The notes beneath the pieces were generated by a model. That model was not told where the DNA came from. It saw only the letters and a list, made by a program, of their open reading frames with translations, and searched no databases. A program made the position numbers and the translations under genes. Below are positions 45,760 to 55,089 of a DNA stretch of 64,000 nucleotides, in pieces. How positions within the stretch are numbered: position 1 is the stretch's first letter; each line of letters starts with the position of its first letter. The stretch covers positions 6,533 through 70,532 of the forward strand of contig JAFDHF010000007.1 in assembly GCA_019308905.1 (NCBI GenBank), written 5' to 3'. The stretch is from Deltaproteobacteria bacterium. GTDB taxonomy: Bacteria; Desulfobacterota; BSN033; WVXP01.

Positions 45760-46311
45760 TCAGTAATAGCGGCAGGGGCCGTAGTACCAGTGGTAGGGCC
45801 ACGGGTAGTAAGGGTACGGCCAGGGGTGGTACGGATACCAGTAAGAAGGGGGGATCTCTTCCCTCTCAGGCCAGAGATGGGTCTCCCTGTTTTCCAGAAC
45901 CGGATACGTGTAGCTCTTGTGGTCGATCTTTGAGGTCTTGGTTTCCACGACGATGCCCGCGACGGTGAGCTCTCTTCCCTGGCTGAAAACATACGGATCC
46001 TTGAAGGTTTTGTACCTTACCAGAAATCGACCATCCCCTTCCTTGTCTTCGCGAGGGCGATCCGTACCCCGGCTCAGGGGTCTCTGGAGGACTTCTATGA
46101 TGGTTTCATCTTCGAGATTCTGGGTCTGGATCACCTCTCCACCCATGATGACAAGCCTCCCCCTGTAGGTTTCAAAGTCCCGGAGAATCGATTGCGGCGT
46201 GAGGCCCTTGAGAGCCGTCTCTCTGGCCTGACGGGAGATGACGTGTGTGCACCCCGCAACGCCGACCAGAGCCAGGCCCGCCGTGGCGAGAAGGAGAGAG
46301 GTTCTGTTCAC
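45760..46311 (-). CDS. Slp-family outer-membrane lipoprotein with W/Y/P-rich C-terminal tail
   Basis: Lipobox LVGVAGC, Slp-like core (YRGRLVIMGGEVI...ELTVAGIV), and an unusual tail. Confidence 0.75.
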   Translation of the reverse strand: MNRTSLLLATAGLALVGVAGCTHVISRQARETALKGLTPQSILRDFETYRGRLVIMGGEVIQTQNLEDETIIEVLQRPLSRGTDRPREDKEGDGRFLVRYKTFKDPYVFSQGRELTVAGIVVETKTSKIDHKSYTYPVLENRETHLWPEREEIPPSYWYPYHPWPYPYYPWPYHWYYGPCRYY

Positions 46312-46549
46312 CTGAGGATCGCCCCCGTGTTGCTCGGTTTCAACCCTGTCCTAATTCTTGCACGATTCAGCGGGCAGGACAACCCTTTTTCTGCAGTGCC
46401 CCCGCCTTTGAAGACCCCCCTCGTTCCCATGGGCATCGATTGCTGCGGCGGTGAGGTACTCATAGAGGGCAGCGAAGCCGGAGGGAGGGACAGAACAGAG
46501 CCGGGCCCCCTTTCGGTGTTGATCCGGACCGCTCTGGCCTGTCCAAGGG

Positions 46550-47020
46550 TCACGGTTCTTCGATGAACTTGGGGGGCGGTGAGACGCCGAGAGCCAGGGC
46601 CGGTCCCGGTATGACCATCAAGGTCGAGGTCCCGTGAGCGAGTATTCTGTTCTCCTCGTCGACCACCTCCGCGTCGGCCAGTGCGAGAGTCTTGCCGAGC
46701 TTGATCCGTCGGCCCCGGGCGATGAGTTTGCCGGCCCGGGCAGGAGCGAGAAAGTTGACCTTCAGGTCTACCGAGGTCATGGCCGTGTCCTCGTCAACCT
46801 CTGAAAAAACTGCCCAGAAAGCGGCGGCATCGACGATAGAAGCAAAGACTCCTCCGTGGACGACTCCAAAGGGTTGAAGGTGCTTGTTTTGAACCTCGAT
46901 ATCGAGAAGGGCGTATCCCGTGCCGATCTCACGGATCGACATGGAAAGGAGGGCAAAGTAGGGAGAACGGTTCACCACAAGGGTCGCTGCCTGGACATAG
47001 GCGGGGTTGAGCTTTCGCAT
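46550..47020 (-). CDS. PaaI/hotdog-fold thioesterase
   Basis: Motifs GVVHGGVFASIVDAA and DLKVNFLAPA. ATG at 47020 after AAGGAG. Confidence 0.85.
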   Translation of the reverse strand: MRKLNPAYVQAATLVVNRSPYFALLSMSIREIGTGYALLDIEVQNKHLQPFGVVHGGVFASIVDAAAFWAVFSEVDEDTAMTSVDLKVNFLAPARAGKLIARGRRIKLGKTLALADAEVVDEENRILAHGTSTLMVIPGPALALGVSPPPKFIEEP

Positions 47021-47087
47021 GGCCGCTCCTTCTTGGAGATCTCGCGATCCTGTTATGGACCCGGCTGGTCCTGATGGGAGTCGCTTT

Positions 47088-47525
47088 TCAATCCGCCCTT
47101 CCCGGCAGACCAAAGGACTCGATCTTCTTTTCCATGACGTAGGCGTCTTCCGTACCGTAGTAGAAGGGGATTCTGGACTTCAGCTGGAATCCCAGGCTCT
47201 TATAGAAGCTCTGAGCTCCCGTGTTGCCTTCCCTCACCTCGACCCGGAGCCTCCCGGTCCGACACACGGACCCGCATGCCTCCATGAGCCTCCTTCCCAC
47301 CCCCCTTCTCCGGCTAGGCGGGGCCACGGCCAGAGAGATCACATGACCGTCGGGCTTGAAGATGATATAGCCCCACACTCGGTCTTCCTCGAAGACGAGA
47401 AAGGTCTCTGGATGGACACGGTAGTAATGGAGGAACATTTCCCGTGTGTAGGAGGATTTCGGAAAGGCCTGGGCCTCGATCTGGAGCACCTCCTCCAAGT
47501 CTCTAAGCTCGAACCTTCTGATCAT
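47088..47525 (-). CDS. rimI: GNAT N-acetyltransferase, RimI-like
   Basis: IRRFELRDLEEVLQIE..AFP and the acetyl-CoA motif RRRGVGRRLM. About 145 aa from the ATG at 47525. Confidence 0.75.
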   Translation of the reverse strand: MIRRFELRDLEEVLQIEAQAFPKSSYTREMFLHYYRVHPETFLVFEEDRVWGYIIFKPDGHVISLAVAPPSRRRGVGRRLMEACGSVCRTGRLRVEVREGNTGAQSFYKSLGFQLKSRIPFYYGTEDAYVMEKKIESFGLPGRAD

Positions 47526-47571
47526 GATGGGTTCACACCCGTTGTTAGCCAGCCCGGCCCCTTTCCAGGGG

Positions 47572-48288
47572 TTAGGACGTTTCGTGCCTTCTATGCGGGA
47601 TTCCAAGACCCTTCCTTATTCCCCTATAGGCCCGCTTCACGCGGCGTGCCACCTTCTCGACCAGGGTCCTGCGGTAGTAATCCCGGTCCTCCCTGCTCAT
47701 CGCCTCCAACCTTCTGCCGTACTTCAACTTCGCCCAGGCATTGAAATCGAACCTTCTCGCCAGGTTGAAGAGGTAACCGTTCAGGGGCGAGAAACCCGGC
47801 TTCTTTATGACGGCCACGCCGAAATCGACCAAGCAGGGCCTTCGGCCGTCGATGACAAGGAGATTGTCCTTCTTCTTCAGATCGCCATGGGCCACCCCTG
47901 CCCGGTGGAGCCTTTTGATAAGGTCGAGGAGGGTCCTGAAGAAGATCTCTGGATCGACGATCCGAGCCCTCCGAAAGGGAATTCCGTCGACCCATTGTAG
48001 TACCAGATACCGTCCCCGGAGAAGGCCGTAACACCGGGGCACGCCTTCCATGCCGGAGAGCCTCGAGTAGACCCTGTACTCGTTACGGAGCATGGCCTGG
48101 CGAATGAGTCGGCCGACTCCCCAGCCCGTGGGCGCCTTGAGGATGAGGCGCTCCCCCTTGTGTTCGTAAAGATACACATGACCCTGATAGCCGTGGCTGA
48201 AGATATGCGACCCGCTCTTGGCGCTGCTCCTCAGCCAGTGGAGCAGCTCTTCTTCTGTGAGGTTTTCCATACACTCCAACATGGCCAT
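47572..48288 (-). CDS. Small atypical protein-kinase-fold protein (RIO/Kdo-kinase-like)
   Basis: Catalytic loop HGDLKKKDN, LVDFG, and an upstream ILKAP lysine. Confidence 0.7.
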   Translation of the reverse strand: MAMLECMENLTEEELLHWLRSSAKSGSHIFSHGYQGHVYLYEHKGERLILKAPTGWGVGRLIRQAMLRNEYRVYSRLSGMEGVPRCYGLLRGRYLVLQWVDGIPFRRARIVDPEIFFRTLLDLIKRLHRAGVAHGDLKKKDNLLVIDGRRPCLVDFGVAVIKKPGFSPLNGYLFNLARRFDFNAWAKLKYGRRLEAMSREDRDYYRRTLVEKVARRVKRAYRGIRKGLGIPHRRHETS

Positions 48289-48297
48289 TACCGGGGG

Positions 48298-48882
48298 TCA
48301 GTAGAGATTGAGGTAGAGAAAGTAAAGGCAAGACAGCAGGAAAAGAGCAATAAGGGGTTCGCCGTTCTGCCGCAGGCTCTGCCAGAACGACCAGTTGCCC
48401 TGCTGGTCCTGGCGATAAGGGGTGAGACGTGGAAGCAAGGCACGGGTCTCTCTACACCACTCCTCCCAGGCTTCCCCGAATCTGCGGTGGAGTTTCCGAT
48501 CCTCCCGGCGGATGGCAGGAGGATAGAAGGCCAGGAGAATGCCGAGGAGCAGGGGGAAGCTCCACCACAGGCCTGAGGCCAAGGCAAAGCCAAACCCCAT
48601 CGTGATGTTGCCCACGTAAAGGGGGTGTCTCACATAGGCGTAAGGTCCGTCGGTGGCAAGGGCCTGGTTCTTCTTGATATAACCCGAGGCCCAGAGGCGG
48701 GTTGCCACTCCCAGTACGACAAGGATGGCCCCGGGGATAAAGACAGCCCTGTCCGGTCGGCCTGCCGCACTGACCAGGACCACAAAGGCTACACCGACGA
48801 ATTGACGATAACGCTCCCTCCGGTATCGAATGTCGTGAAAAAACCGCTCCAGTCCGAGGTCCATTGCCCTTGTTCCCCCCAC
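48298..48882 (-). CDS. ICMT/PEMT-family membrane methyltransferase
   Basis: Multi-TM protein of 194 aa with the RHPLYVG motif. Confidence 0.75.
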   Translation of the reverse strand: MGGTRAMDLGLERFFHDIRYRRERYRQFVGVAFVVLVSAAGRPDRAVFIPGAILVVLGVATRLWASGYIKKNQALATDGPYAYVRHPLYVGNITMGFGFALASGLWWSFPLLLGILLAFYPPAIRREDRKLHRRFGEAWEEWCRETRALLPRLTPYRQDQQGNWSFWQSLRQNGEPLIALFLLSCLYFLYLNLY

Positions 48883-49086
48883 CTGGGTCTTCTACTCAGT
48901 TCCGGATGAAATCTCCCTGTCGCCCCGCGAATCGACCCCAAGCCCGTGTATCCGTCGATTCGAGGGGAGTATAGCGAGACGGATCTGGGGTGTCAAGGGA
49001 CAAGACCGTAAAGCTTCAAAAAGGACCAGAGGGAAGAGGGCGAGTACGCCGGAGCTCTCCGAACGAGCAGGATAGAGTTTTCCCGT

Positions 49087-49704
49087 TCAGAACGACGGCC
49101 TGCGGTAGGCCGAGGCCTGTTCTACTCTCTGCACGACTTGGCCGATGCATTGCTGCAAGGCCGCGCCCACGGCCAGAATGGCCGCTTCTCGGCCGCGGTC
49201 CCTCGCCTTTTTCCGTGCCTGGATCCGGGCCGACCAGAGGATCTCACGGTTCCTCATGTCGACGAACTCCACCTGAAGTTCGACCTCTCCGTAGAGGCCG
49301 TGTGCGGTTTGCAGCCTGTTGAACCGGAGAATCTTACCCCGGATCAGATAGGTCGCCGGAGGAGTGCTCGGGCGACTGTCAACGCGACTGAACAATCGGA
49401 CTGCCCAAAAGGCCTGCGTGAGTTTCCGGGTCACCATATCCGGAGGGGAGCTTTCCCAGCACTCGGAAGGCGAGAAGGAGACAAGGGGGGAGCCCTCCTG
49501 ATAGGTCACCACACTGTCCTGTCTCAAGGGGGCGACTGCATGGAAACGGGCAATCCGCAGCGACTCCCGGCAGGGCCGGAGAGAGGCATCGGAGGCCGGA
49601 GGGGTATCCAAGGGGATTCGGTAGTACTTCGGCGTAGGTACCGTGGTGCATCCACAGATGAAGGCCAGCAGGGCGATCGATAGCCTGGAATACGGTTTGA
49701 TCAT
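49087..49704 (-). CDS. ABC-type transport auxiliary lipoprotein (PqiC/YmbA-like, DUF330)
   Basis: Lipobox LLAFICGC. Follows mlaD with an ATGA overlap at 49701-49704. Confidence 0.7.
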   Translation of the reverse strand: MIKPYSRLSIALLAFICGCTTVPTPKYYRIPLDTPPASDASLRPCRESLRIARFHAVAPLRQDSVVTYQEGSPLVSFSPSECWESSPPDMVTRKLTQAFWAVRLFSRVDSRPSTPPATYLIRGKILRFNRLQTAHGLYGEVELQVEFVDMRNREILWSARIQARKKARDRGREAAILAVGAALQQCIGQVVQRVEQASAYRRPSF

Positions 49705-50672
49705 CTTTTTGCCTTTTCGCGGTAGATCAGTCGCCACGGCTGCCTTTTGAGTTGACTCGAGAGGAGCCTCAACTGCTCGGAGACCTCCAGGAGATTGGCC
49801 ATGGTGTCCTCGAGATAGTCACCGGTGATAGAGATGCGGCCGTTGAGGTTGTCGATGAGATCTCCTGCTTTCCGAGAGTCCTCCTTGACAGTGGCGAGAG
49901 TGGACCGCAGATCCTCTCGATTCTCTGCCACGGTCTGAGCGAGAGTGCGTGAAAGGGCATCGAGGCGTTCCGCAGACCTCCTGACAGCCAGAAGGGTCCG
50001 CCGGACGGTGCGGCTGTTCTTGACAACGAGCCCGTCTACATGGCCCACCGCCGTGTTGAGACCCTTTAGAAGGTTCTCCACCTCAAGGGTCAGGGTTGAG
50101 AGGCTCTTCTCTCCCTCAACCGCCAGCCTGTTGACCGAGTGGAGGGTCTGCTGCACGGCCATGAGATTCTCTTCGTTCAAAATCCGGTTGACCGCATGGA
50201 TGACCCGTTGGATGGAGGTGTTGAGCGTCTGGGAGAGCTCGGCCGCCTGGGCCAGCAGGTCTCCCATCTCCACCATATCCCGGGAGGGAATCATACTGCG
50301 AGGAGGAAGGGGATCGGTGGCTCCGGGCTCCTGGGTAAGAAGAACATAGTAATCACCTACGAGGCCGAGGGTCTGCACCCTTGCCACGGCGCCTCGATAG
50401 ATGGGAGTTCCGGGCTTCACCCCTATGGTAACTTCGATCTTGGAGGCGTCTTCACCACTCACGGCTATGGACAGTACCCGGCCCACCCGAAGCCCACCCA
50501 GGCGGACAGAGCCTCCCTTTTCCAGACCGCCGACTGCGGAAAACCGGATACGATAGGTGTCGAGGCTCTCCCAGAATCCCGATCCACCGATGAAGACGAC
50601 CATGGCACCGAATATCAGGAGCGCAGCGACAACGACAAGTCCGGCCTTTATCTCCTCTTTCCTGTGGTTCAT
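49701..50672 (-). CDS. mlaD: MCE-domain protein MlaD-like
   Basis: N-terminal TM, MCE core (F..VGGL..G..V...G..VG.V), and a long helical C-terminal region. Confidence 0.85.
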   Translation of the reverse strand: MNHRKEEIKAGLVVVAALLIFGAMVVFIGGSGFWESLDTYRIRFSAVGGLEKGGSVRLGGLRVGRVLSIAVSGEDASKIEVTIGVKPGTPIYRGAVARVQTLGLVGDYYVLLTQEPGATDPLPPRSMIPSRDMVEMGDLLAQAAELSQTLNTSIQRVIHAVNRILNEENLMAVQQTLHSVNRLAVEGEKSLSTLTLEVENLLKGLNTAVGHVDGLVVKNSRTVRRTLLAVRRSAERLDALSRTLAQTVAENREDLRSTLATVKEDSRKAGDLIDNLNGRISITGDYLEDTMANLLEVSEQLRLLSSQLKRQPWRLIYREKAKR

Positions 50673-50691
50673 AGGTTCCCCTTTGGAGGAT

Positions 50692-51486
50692 TCAGATATC
50701 GACTCCTGCTATGGCATCAAGGTAGCTTTCGCTGTCATAGACCCCGTGCACCGGCTTCCTGTCGAGGAATCGACGCACAGTGGGGTCGGCGGAGGCCAGG
50801 ATCTCCTGGAGGGTTCCGCAAAAGATCACCCTGCCCTGGTCCAGCATGATCACTCTGTCCGCAATGGTCTTGATGCTGGGAAGTTCATGGGTCACTGCCA
50901 CGATGGTCATTCTGAACGTCTTTTTGAGTTTCAGAATCAGTTCGTCCATTTCCGCGGAGGTTCCCGGGTCGAGACCCGCGGTGGGCTCATCAAAATAGAG
51001 AATCTCCGGGTCCATCGAGATGGCCCTGGCAAGCCCTGCCCGTTTCTTCATCCCGCCACTGATTTGAGACGGGAGAAAACCGTCAAAACCCAGGAGACCG
51101 ACCAGTTCCAGTTTCATCCGGGTCATGATCCGGATGGTGCTTTCCTCCAGTGATGTGTGTTCCCTGAGGGGAAGGGCCACATTGTCGGCCAGAGTCATTG
51201 AATTCAGCAAGCCTCCTCCCTGGAAAAGCACGCCCTGGCGAGTCCTTACCCGGTTGAGCTCGTTTTCGGACATTGCCACGATATCTTCTCCCCTGACAAG
51301 GATCCGGCCCGACTCGGGTTTGAGGAGGCCCACCATGTGGCGCAGGAGGGTGGTCTTGCCACAGCCGCTGCTCCCCGCTATGACGGTGATCTCTCCTCTG
51401 GGGATGTGGAAGGAGACCCCCTCTAGAACCCTCCGTTCCCCGTAAGAGGCTACAAGGTCTATCACCTGGACGATCGGATCCGGCAC
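50692..51486 (-). CDS. mlaF: ABC ATPase MlaF-like
   Basis: Motifs GSSGCGKTT, ISGGMKKRAGLARA and ILYFDEPTAGLD. The GTG at 51486 follows GGGGAGGAAG and avoids overlapping mlaE. The maximal ORF reaches 51555. Confidence 0.88.
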   Translation of the reverse strand: MPDPIVQVIDLVASYGERRVLEGVSFHIPRGEITVIAGSSGCGKTTLLRHMVGLLKPESGRILVRGEDIVAMSENELNRVRTRQGVLFQGGGLLNSMTLADNVALPLREHTSLEESTIRIMTRMKLELVGLLGFDGFLPSQISGGMKKRAGLARAISMDPEILYFDEPTAGLDPGTSAEMDELILKLKKTFRMTIVAVTHELPSIKTIADRVIMLDQGRVIFCGTLQEILASADPTVRRFLDRKPVHGVYDSESYLDAIAGVDI

Positions 51487-51511
51487 GTTCTTCCTCCCCG
51501 GCGGGGCGACC

Positions 51512-52309
51512 CTAACCGAAAAGATAGAAGAGAACCGTGAAAAAGCAATCCGCAAGGATGATCAGGAAAATGCATGTCACCACGGACCGTGTTGTCCGCA
51601 AGCCCACGCCCTCGGCTCCACCGTCGACGCTGAACCCCTGGTGGCAGCCGACAAACCCGATGATCAGCGAGAAGACCAGTCCCTTTATCAAACCGCTCAG
51701 CACATCGCTGAGAACGAGAGCATTCGCTGTCTGGTTGAAATACCTCTCGAAATTCAGGTTGAGGCTTCCCACGGCGACGAGAAACCCGCCCGCGATTCCG
51801 ACGAAGTCCGAGATGAGAACCAATCCGGGGAGCATGACCATGATCGCCGTTATCTTCGGGACGACCATGAACTTTATCGGACTGAGTCCCATGGCCACGA
51901 GGGCGTCTATCTCTTCGGCGACCTTCATGGAACCGATCTCGGCGGCGAAAGCCGAACCGCTTCTCCCGGCGACTATGATCGCGGTCAGGAGGGGACCCAG
52001 CTCTCGGGTCATGGAAATGCCGACGAGATCGGCTACATAGATGAGGGCTCCTACCCTTCTCAGCTGGTAGGCCGCCTGGAGGGCCATGATGACGCCGACC
52101 GCCAGGGAGATGAGGCTGACGATGGGGACGGCCTCATAGCCGATCAAGACCATCTGGTCCACGGTGCTCGTCCAGCGGAAGCCTTTTTTCTTGAGAGGAC
52201 CGGCGAAAAGCCAATAGATCGTTTCGTTTATGAGCCTGGAAGCGTGGCTCAGGCCCGCCATGGCGGTCAGAGTCCTGTTGCCCACATTGCCGAGGAATCC
52301 GTATATCAT
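51512..52309 (-). CDS. mlaE: ABC permease MlaE-like
   Basis: Multi-TM protein of 265 aa. Its ATG at 52309 overlaps the STAS gene stop (ATGA). Confidence 0.85.
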   Translation of the reverse strand: MIYGFLGNVGNRTLTAMAGLSHASRLINETIYWLFAGPLKKKGFRWTSTVDQMVLIGYEAVPIVSLISLAVGVIMALQAAYQLRRVGALIYVADLVGISMTRELGPLLTAIIVAGRSGSAFAAEIGSMKVAEEIDALVAMGLSPIKFMVVPKITAIMVMLPGLVLISDFVGIAGGFLVAVGSLNLNFERYFNQTANALVLSDVLSGLIKGLVFSLIIGFVGCHQGFSVDGGAEGVGLRTTRSVVTCIFLIILADCFFTVLFYLFG

Positions 52310-52638
52310 GGTCTCTTCAAGGCCTCTTCCACGGTACCGAAAATATGGAAGATTCTGTCCAGATGGGCGAATCTCAGTACTTCCTGGATCGCAGGGCCCG
52401 GACTGGCGATGCTGAACCTTCCCCCGTAGGTCTTGGTGAGCTGGAACCCTTCCACAAGGGTGGCGATCCCGGAACTGTCCATATAGGTGACGCCGCCGAG
52501 ATCGACGATGAGGGAGCGGATCCTTTTCTGGGCCCACTGAACGATCTCCTGGCGGAGCCCAGGGGATGAGTAGAGATCCACTTCACCGTGGACCGAGACA
52601 ATAGCGGCTCCATCGGTCAAGACCGTGCTGACTTTCAT
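52306..52638 (-). CDS. STAS-domain protein (anti-sigma-factor antagonist / MlaB-like)
   Basis: 110 aa with the SpoIIAA-type motif VTYMDSSGIATLV, which contains the phosphorylatable Ser. Confidence 0.88.
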   Translation of the reverse strand: MKVSTVLTDGAAIVSVHGEVDLYSSPGLRQEIVQWAQKRIRSLIVDLGGVTYMDSSGIATLVEGFQLTKTYGGRFSIASPGPAIQEVLRFAHLDRIFHIFGTVEEALKRP

Positions 52639-53057
52639 AAGTCCTCCTCATCTCCCCTGTACTTTACGAGTCTGTAGCGATTTCCCACGGGTGAGGGCAA
52701 GCCGAATTCGAATTCGTCCAGGGCCGACCGTACCAGGGAGAGCCCGAGGCCTCCCGGTTTGAGCCCGCTGGGTCTCGGCCTTTCCAGGAGACGGGGGTCA
52801 ACCTTCTGGCCGAAGTCCTGAATATGAATCTCGAGCCCGTTTTCGATGAGTCTATAGTCGAGGATCATCTCCTGCCCGGGATCGGCCCTGTAGGTATGGC
52901 GGATGATATTCGTACAGATCTCGTCCACCGCCAACTTGATCTGTTCTATCTGTTTGGATTCAAATCCAGCGACAAGAGCGATCCGACCCGTGGCTGACCG
53001 TACCGCGCTTAGAAGCCGAGGGTCGCTCAAGGTTCGTATCTCGAAGATCCCATTCAT
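52635..53057 (-). CDS. Anti-sigma-regulatory-factor-type Ser/Thr kinase (RsbW/SpoIIAB-like HATPase_c)
   Basis: N-box EICTNIIRH, G1 box IQDFGQ and G2 box PGGLGLSLV. About 140 aa. Overlaps the STAS start by 4 nt. Confidence 0.85.
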   Translation of the reverse strand: MNGIFEIRTLSDPRLLSAVRSATGRIALVAGFESKQIEQIKLAVDEICTNIIRHTYRADPGQEMILDYRLIENGLEIHIQDFGQKVDPRLLERPRPSGLKPGGLGLSLVRSALDEFEFGLPSPVGNRYRLVKYRGDEEDL

Positions 53058-53411
53058 CGGTTCTCCAAGAGGCAAAGACTGCCCTTTGACAGGAGGCACA
53101 GGGTCCTCTGTTTCCCCTTTCTTGCCAATCGGCCAGACTTTCCTGATACTTTAGATGGAACTCGGACGATCTCGAACAGGGGCCTCGCTTTCAGACCCCC
53201 TGTGGGCGGTTTCTTGAAATCCCGAGGTCCCTGTGATAGGGTGTTTTTGAGAGGGCGATAAAGCTAATCAGGGTCAGTCTTTTGGCAGGAGGGAGAGGAC
53301 ACCGGGAGACCCGCCGGGGGAAGATGTCTGCTGACCCGGGGTAGTCCGGCCTGTCGGCTCTCCGGGGGCCGCCGGGTCCGCGATCCTGTCGGTGGAGGAA
53401 AATCGTCGGCA

Positions 53412-54320
53412 GTGGGGGCAGTTGAGGCTTATCTGAGGAGACGGTCTCGGCTGAGTAGTCAGGATACACGGTTCGTGTGCCCGGAGTGGTGTCCCCGGTA
53501 TGGATGCAGAGATCCGAATCTTCAGGTGCCTGTTACCTTGGTGGACCTGATTTTCCAGGCAGAGGCACTTGAAAGAGAGCCCGATGAACTCTACCGCCTT
53601 TTCTACAAGATCGGCTGGTCACCGGAGGATGAGACGTCTTGGGTGGGACGGCTCAGTCTGGAACTTAGGAAACCATGCGGGTTTCTGGAAGGGCTGTGGT
53701 GCCGGGTTTACCCTGTCCGGCCCATCGGCTGTGCAGAATTCCCGGAGGCATGGCACCTGTGGTCCCGGCAGGGCTCGATAACGGCGGAGAGGGACCGGTT
53801 CCGTCATTACCCATGCCTGGATCGCCCCCCCGCGATCTCCAAGGAGAGAGAGGACCATCTCGCCGCTTTGGCTGAAATGGCTGTCTGGGAACAGTGGGCT
53901 TCGGATTTCTATCTCTTTGGCTTTTCCCCTTTCTATGTGGATTTGAGAAATCTCGTGGGAGAACTGGTGGATATGGCGCGGGGGCTGGGATTGCAAATGG
54001 AAGAGAGAGCGGCGACGGAACCCCAAACGATTCCTTACAGCCTCATCGAATCGCTCTTCCAAAGGAAACTGGAAGAGGCGGGGATCGTGGGTGAGATCTC
54101 CGAAAAGGTGGCTCGGCTGAATAGCCGGGAGCAGAGGCGCTCCCTGTTCTCCTTGATCGAGGTGGCCGGAGAGGTCGTGCAAACGCCTGGAACCGAAAAA
54201 CCTGTGATGTACCATCGCTTTGAGGGAAAAGCCCTTCGGAGTTACAGGAGGTCTAGATACCTCCCTCCTGGAAGGGGATTCGAGGTGTCCAGGGAGGGAA
54301 AGGCCAGTGGATATCCATGA
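53412..54320 (+). CDS. YkgJ-like cysteine-cluster (putative Zn/Fe-chelating) protein
   Basis: CPEWCPRYGC and CGFLEGLWCRVYPVRPIGCAEFP. GTG start, position uncertain. Confidence 0.55.
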   Translation: MGAVEAYLRRRSRLSSQDTRFVCPEWCPRYGCRDPNLQVPVTLVDLIFQAEALEREPDELYRLFYKIGWSPEDETSWVGRLSLELRKPCGFLEGLWCRVYPVRPIGCAEFPEAWHLWSRQGSITAERDRFRHYPCLDRPPAISKEREDHLAALAEMAVWEQWASDFYLFGFSPFYVDLRNLVGELVDMARGLGLQMEERAATEPQTIPYSLIESLFQRKLEEAGIVGEISEKVARLNSREQRRSLFSLIEVAGEVVQTPGTEKPVMYHRFEGKALRSYRRSRYLPPGRGFEVSREGKASGYP

Positions 54321-54669
54321 GAGGAGAAAAGGACCACGGTTCAACGTTCACCATCCCGTCCATTTCACAAAGAAGAATTCAAGAAAGGAGTGCCGCTCTC
54401 TCAACATCAGTCTGGATGGGATCAAGATCGAGACCGACGGTGAAGTCCGTCCACATGAGATCCTCGACATGACCCTTCTGGTGGGAGAATCGATCGTGAA
54501 AGCAAGTGGTCGGGTGATCTATGTTGAAGAGTTGCCTGACGGGACATTCCACGCCGGCCTGGTCTTTCAGAGTATCTCTCAGGAGGGCCGAAAGGCGCTG
54601 ACAAGATACTTCTCCGAGATCATGGCCCACGGTGCCGAGCGGCGGGGAATACTGAAAAAAGGCGAGTAA
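54307..54669 (+). CDS. Single-domain PilZ protein (c-di-GMP receptor type)
   Basis: RKGPR (RxxxR) and NISLDG (D/NxSxxG). The GTG at 54307 follows GGGAGGGAAAGG. The maximal ORF starts at 54220. Confidence 0.75.
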   Translation: MDIHERRKGPRFNVHHPVHFTKKNSRKECRSLNISLDGIKIETDGEVRPHEILDMTLLVGESIVKASGRVIYVEELPDGTFHAGLVFQSISQEGRKALTRYFSEIMAHGAERRGILKKGE

Positions 54670-54720
54670 CTCTGCCCTCTGACCCCTAGTCCGAGCCGGA
54701 GAGGTCCACTGCCAATCCTG

Positions 54721-55089
54721 ATGAAGCCCGTATCCATTGAGGTCATCTCCAAGGTTCTTACCAGCTACTCTCAGTGCGGGGGCTGCGGTCTGATTTTTGA
54801 TAGGACGGGTCTCCGGGAAAAGGTCCGGATCATGGACGCGGAGGGATACCCCGAGGAGCTCAGGGAAGAACTGTGCAGACTCTCAGATTGGCTCGGGGAG
54901 CTTCTCTACCTCTACAGGCACCGGATTTCCATACGCATCATCGATGCCCAGTCTCTTGTCGGGATCTACAAGTGCCTTCGGTACGGAATCCGGGGCTACC
55001 CCGGCTTCATCGTGGACCGTCGCCACGCTTACGCCGGATGGGACAGGAAGAGGCTGGAGGGAATCATCGATTGCCTTATCAGGGCTTGA
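54721..55089 (+). CDS. Hypothetical small protein with a CGGCG motif (possibly thioredoxin-like fold)
   Basis: 122 aa ORF with protein-like composition. I recognise no family. Confidence 0.45.
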   Translation: MKPVSIEVISKVLTSYSQCGGCGLIFDRTGLREKVRIMDAEGYPEELREELCRLSDWLGELLYLYRHRISIRIIDAQSLVGIYKCLRYGIRGYPGFIVDRRHAYAGWDRKRLEGIIDCLIRA

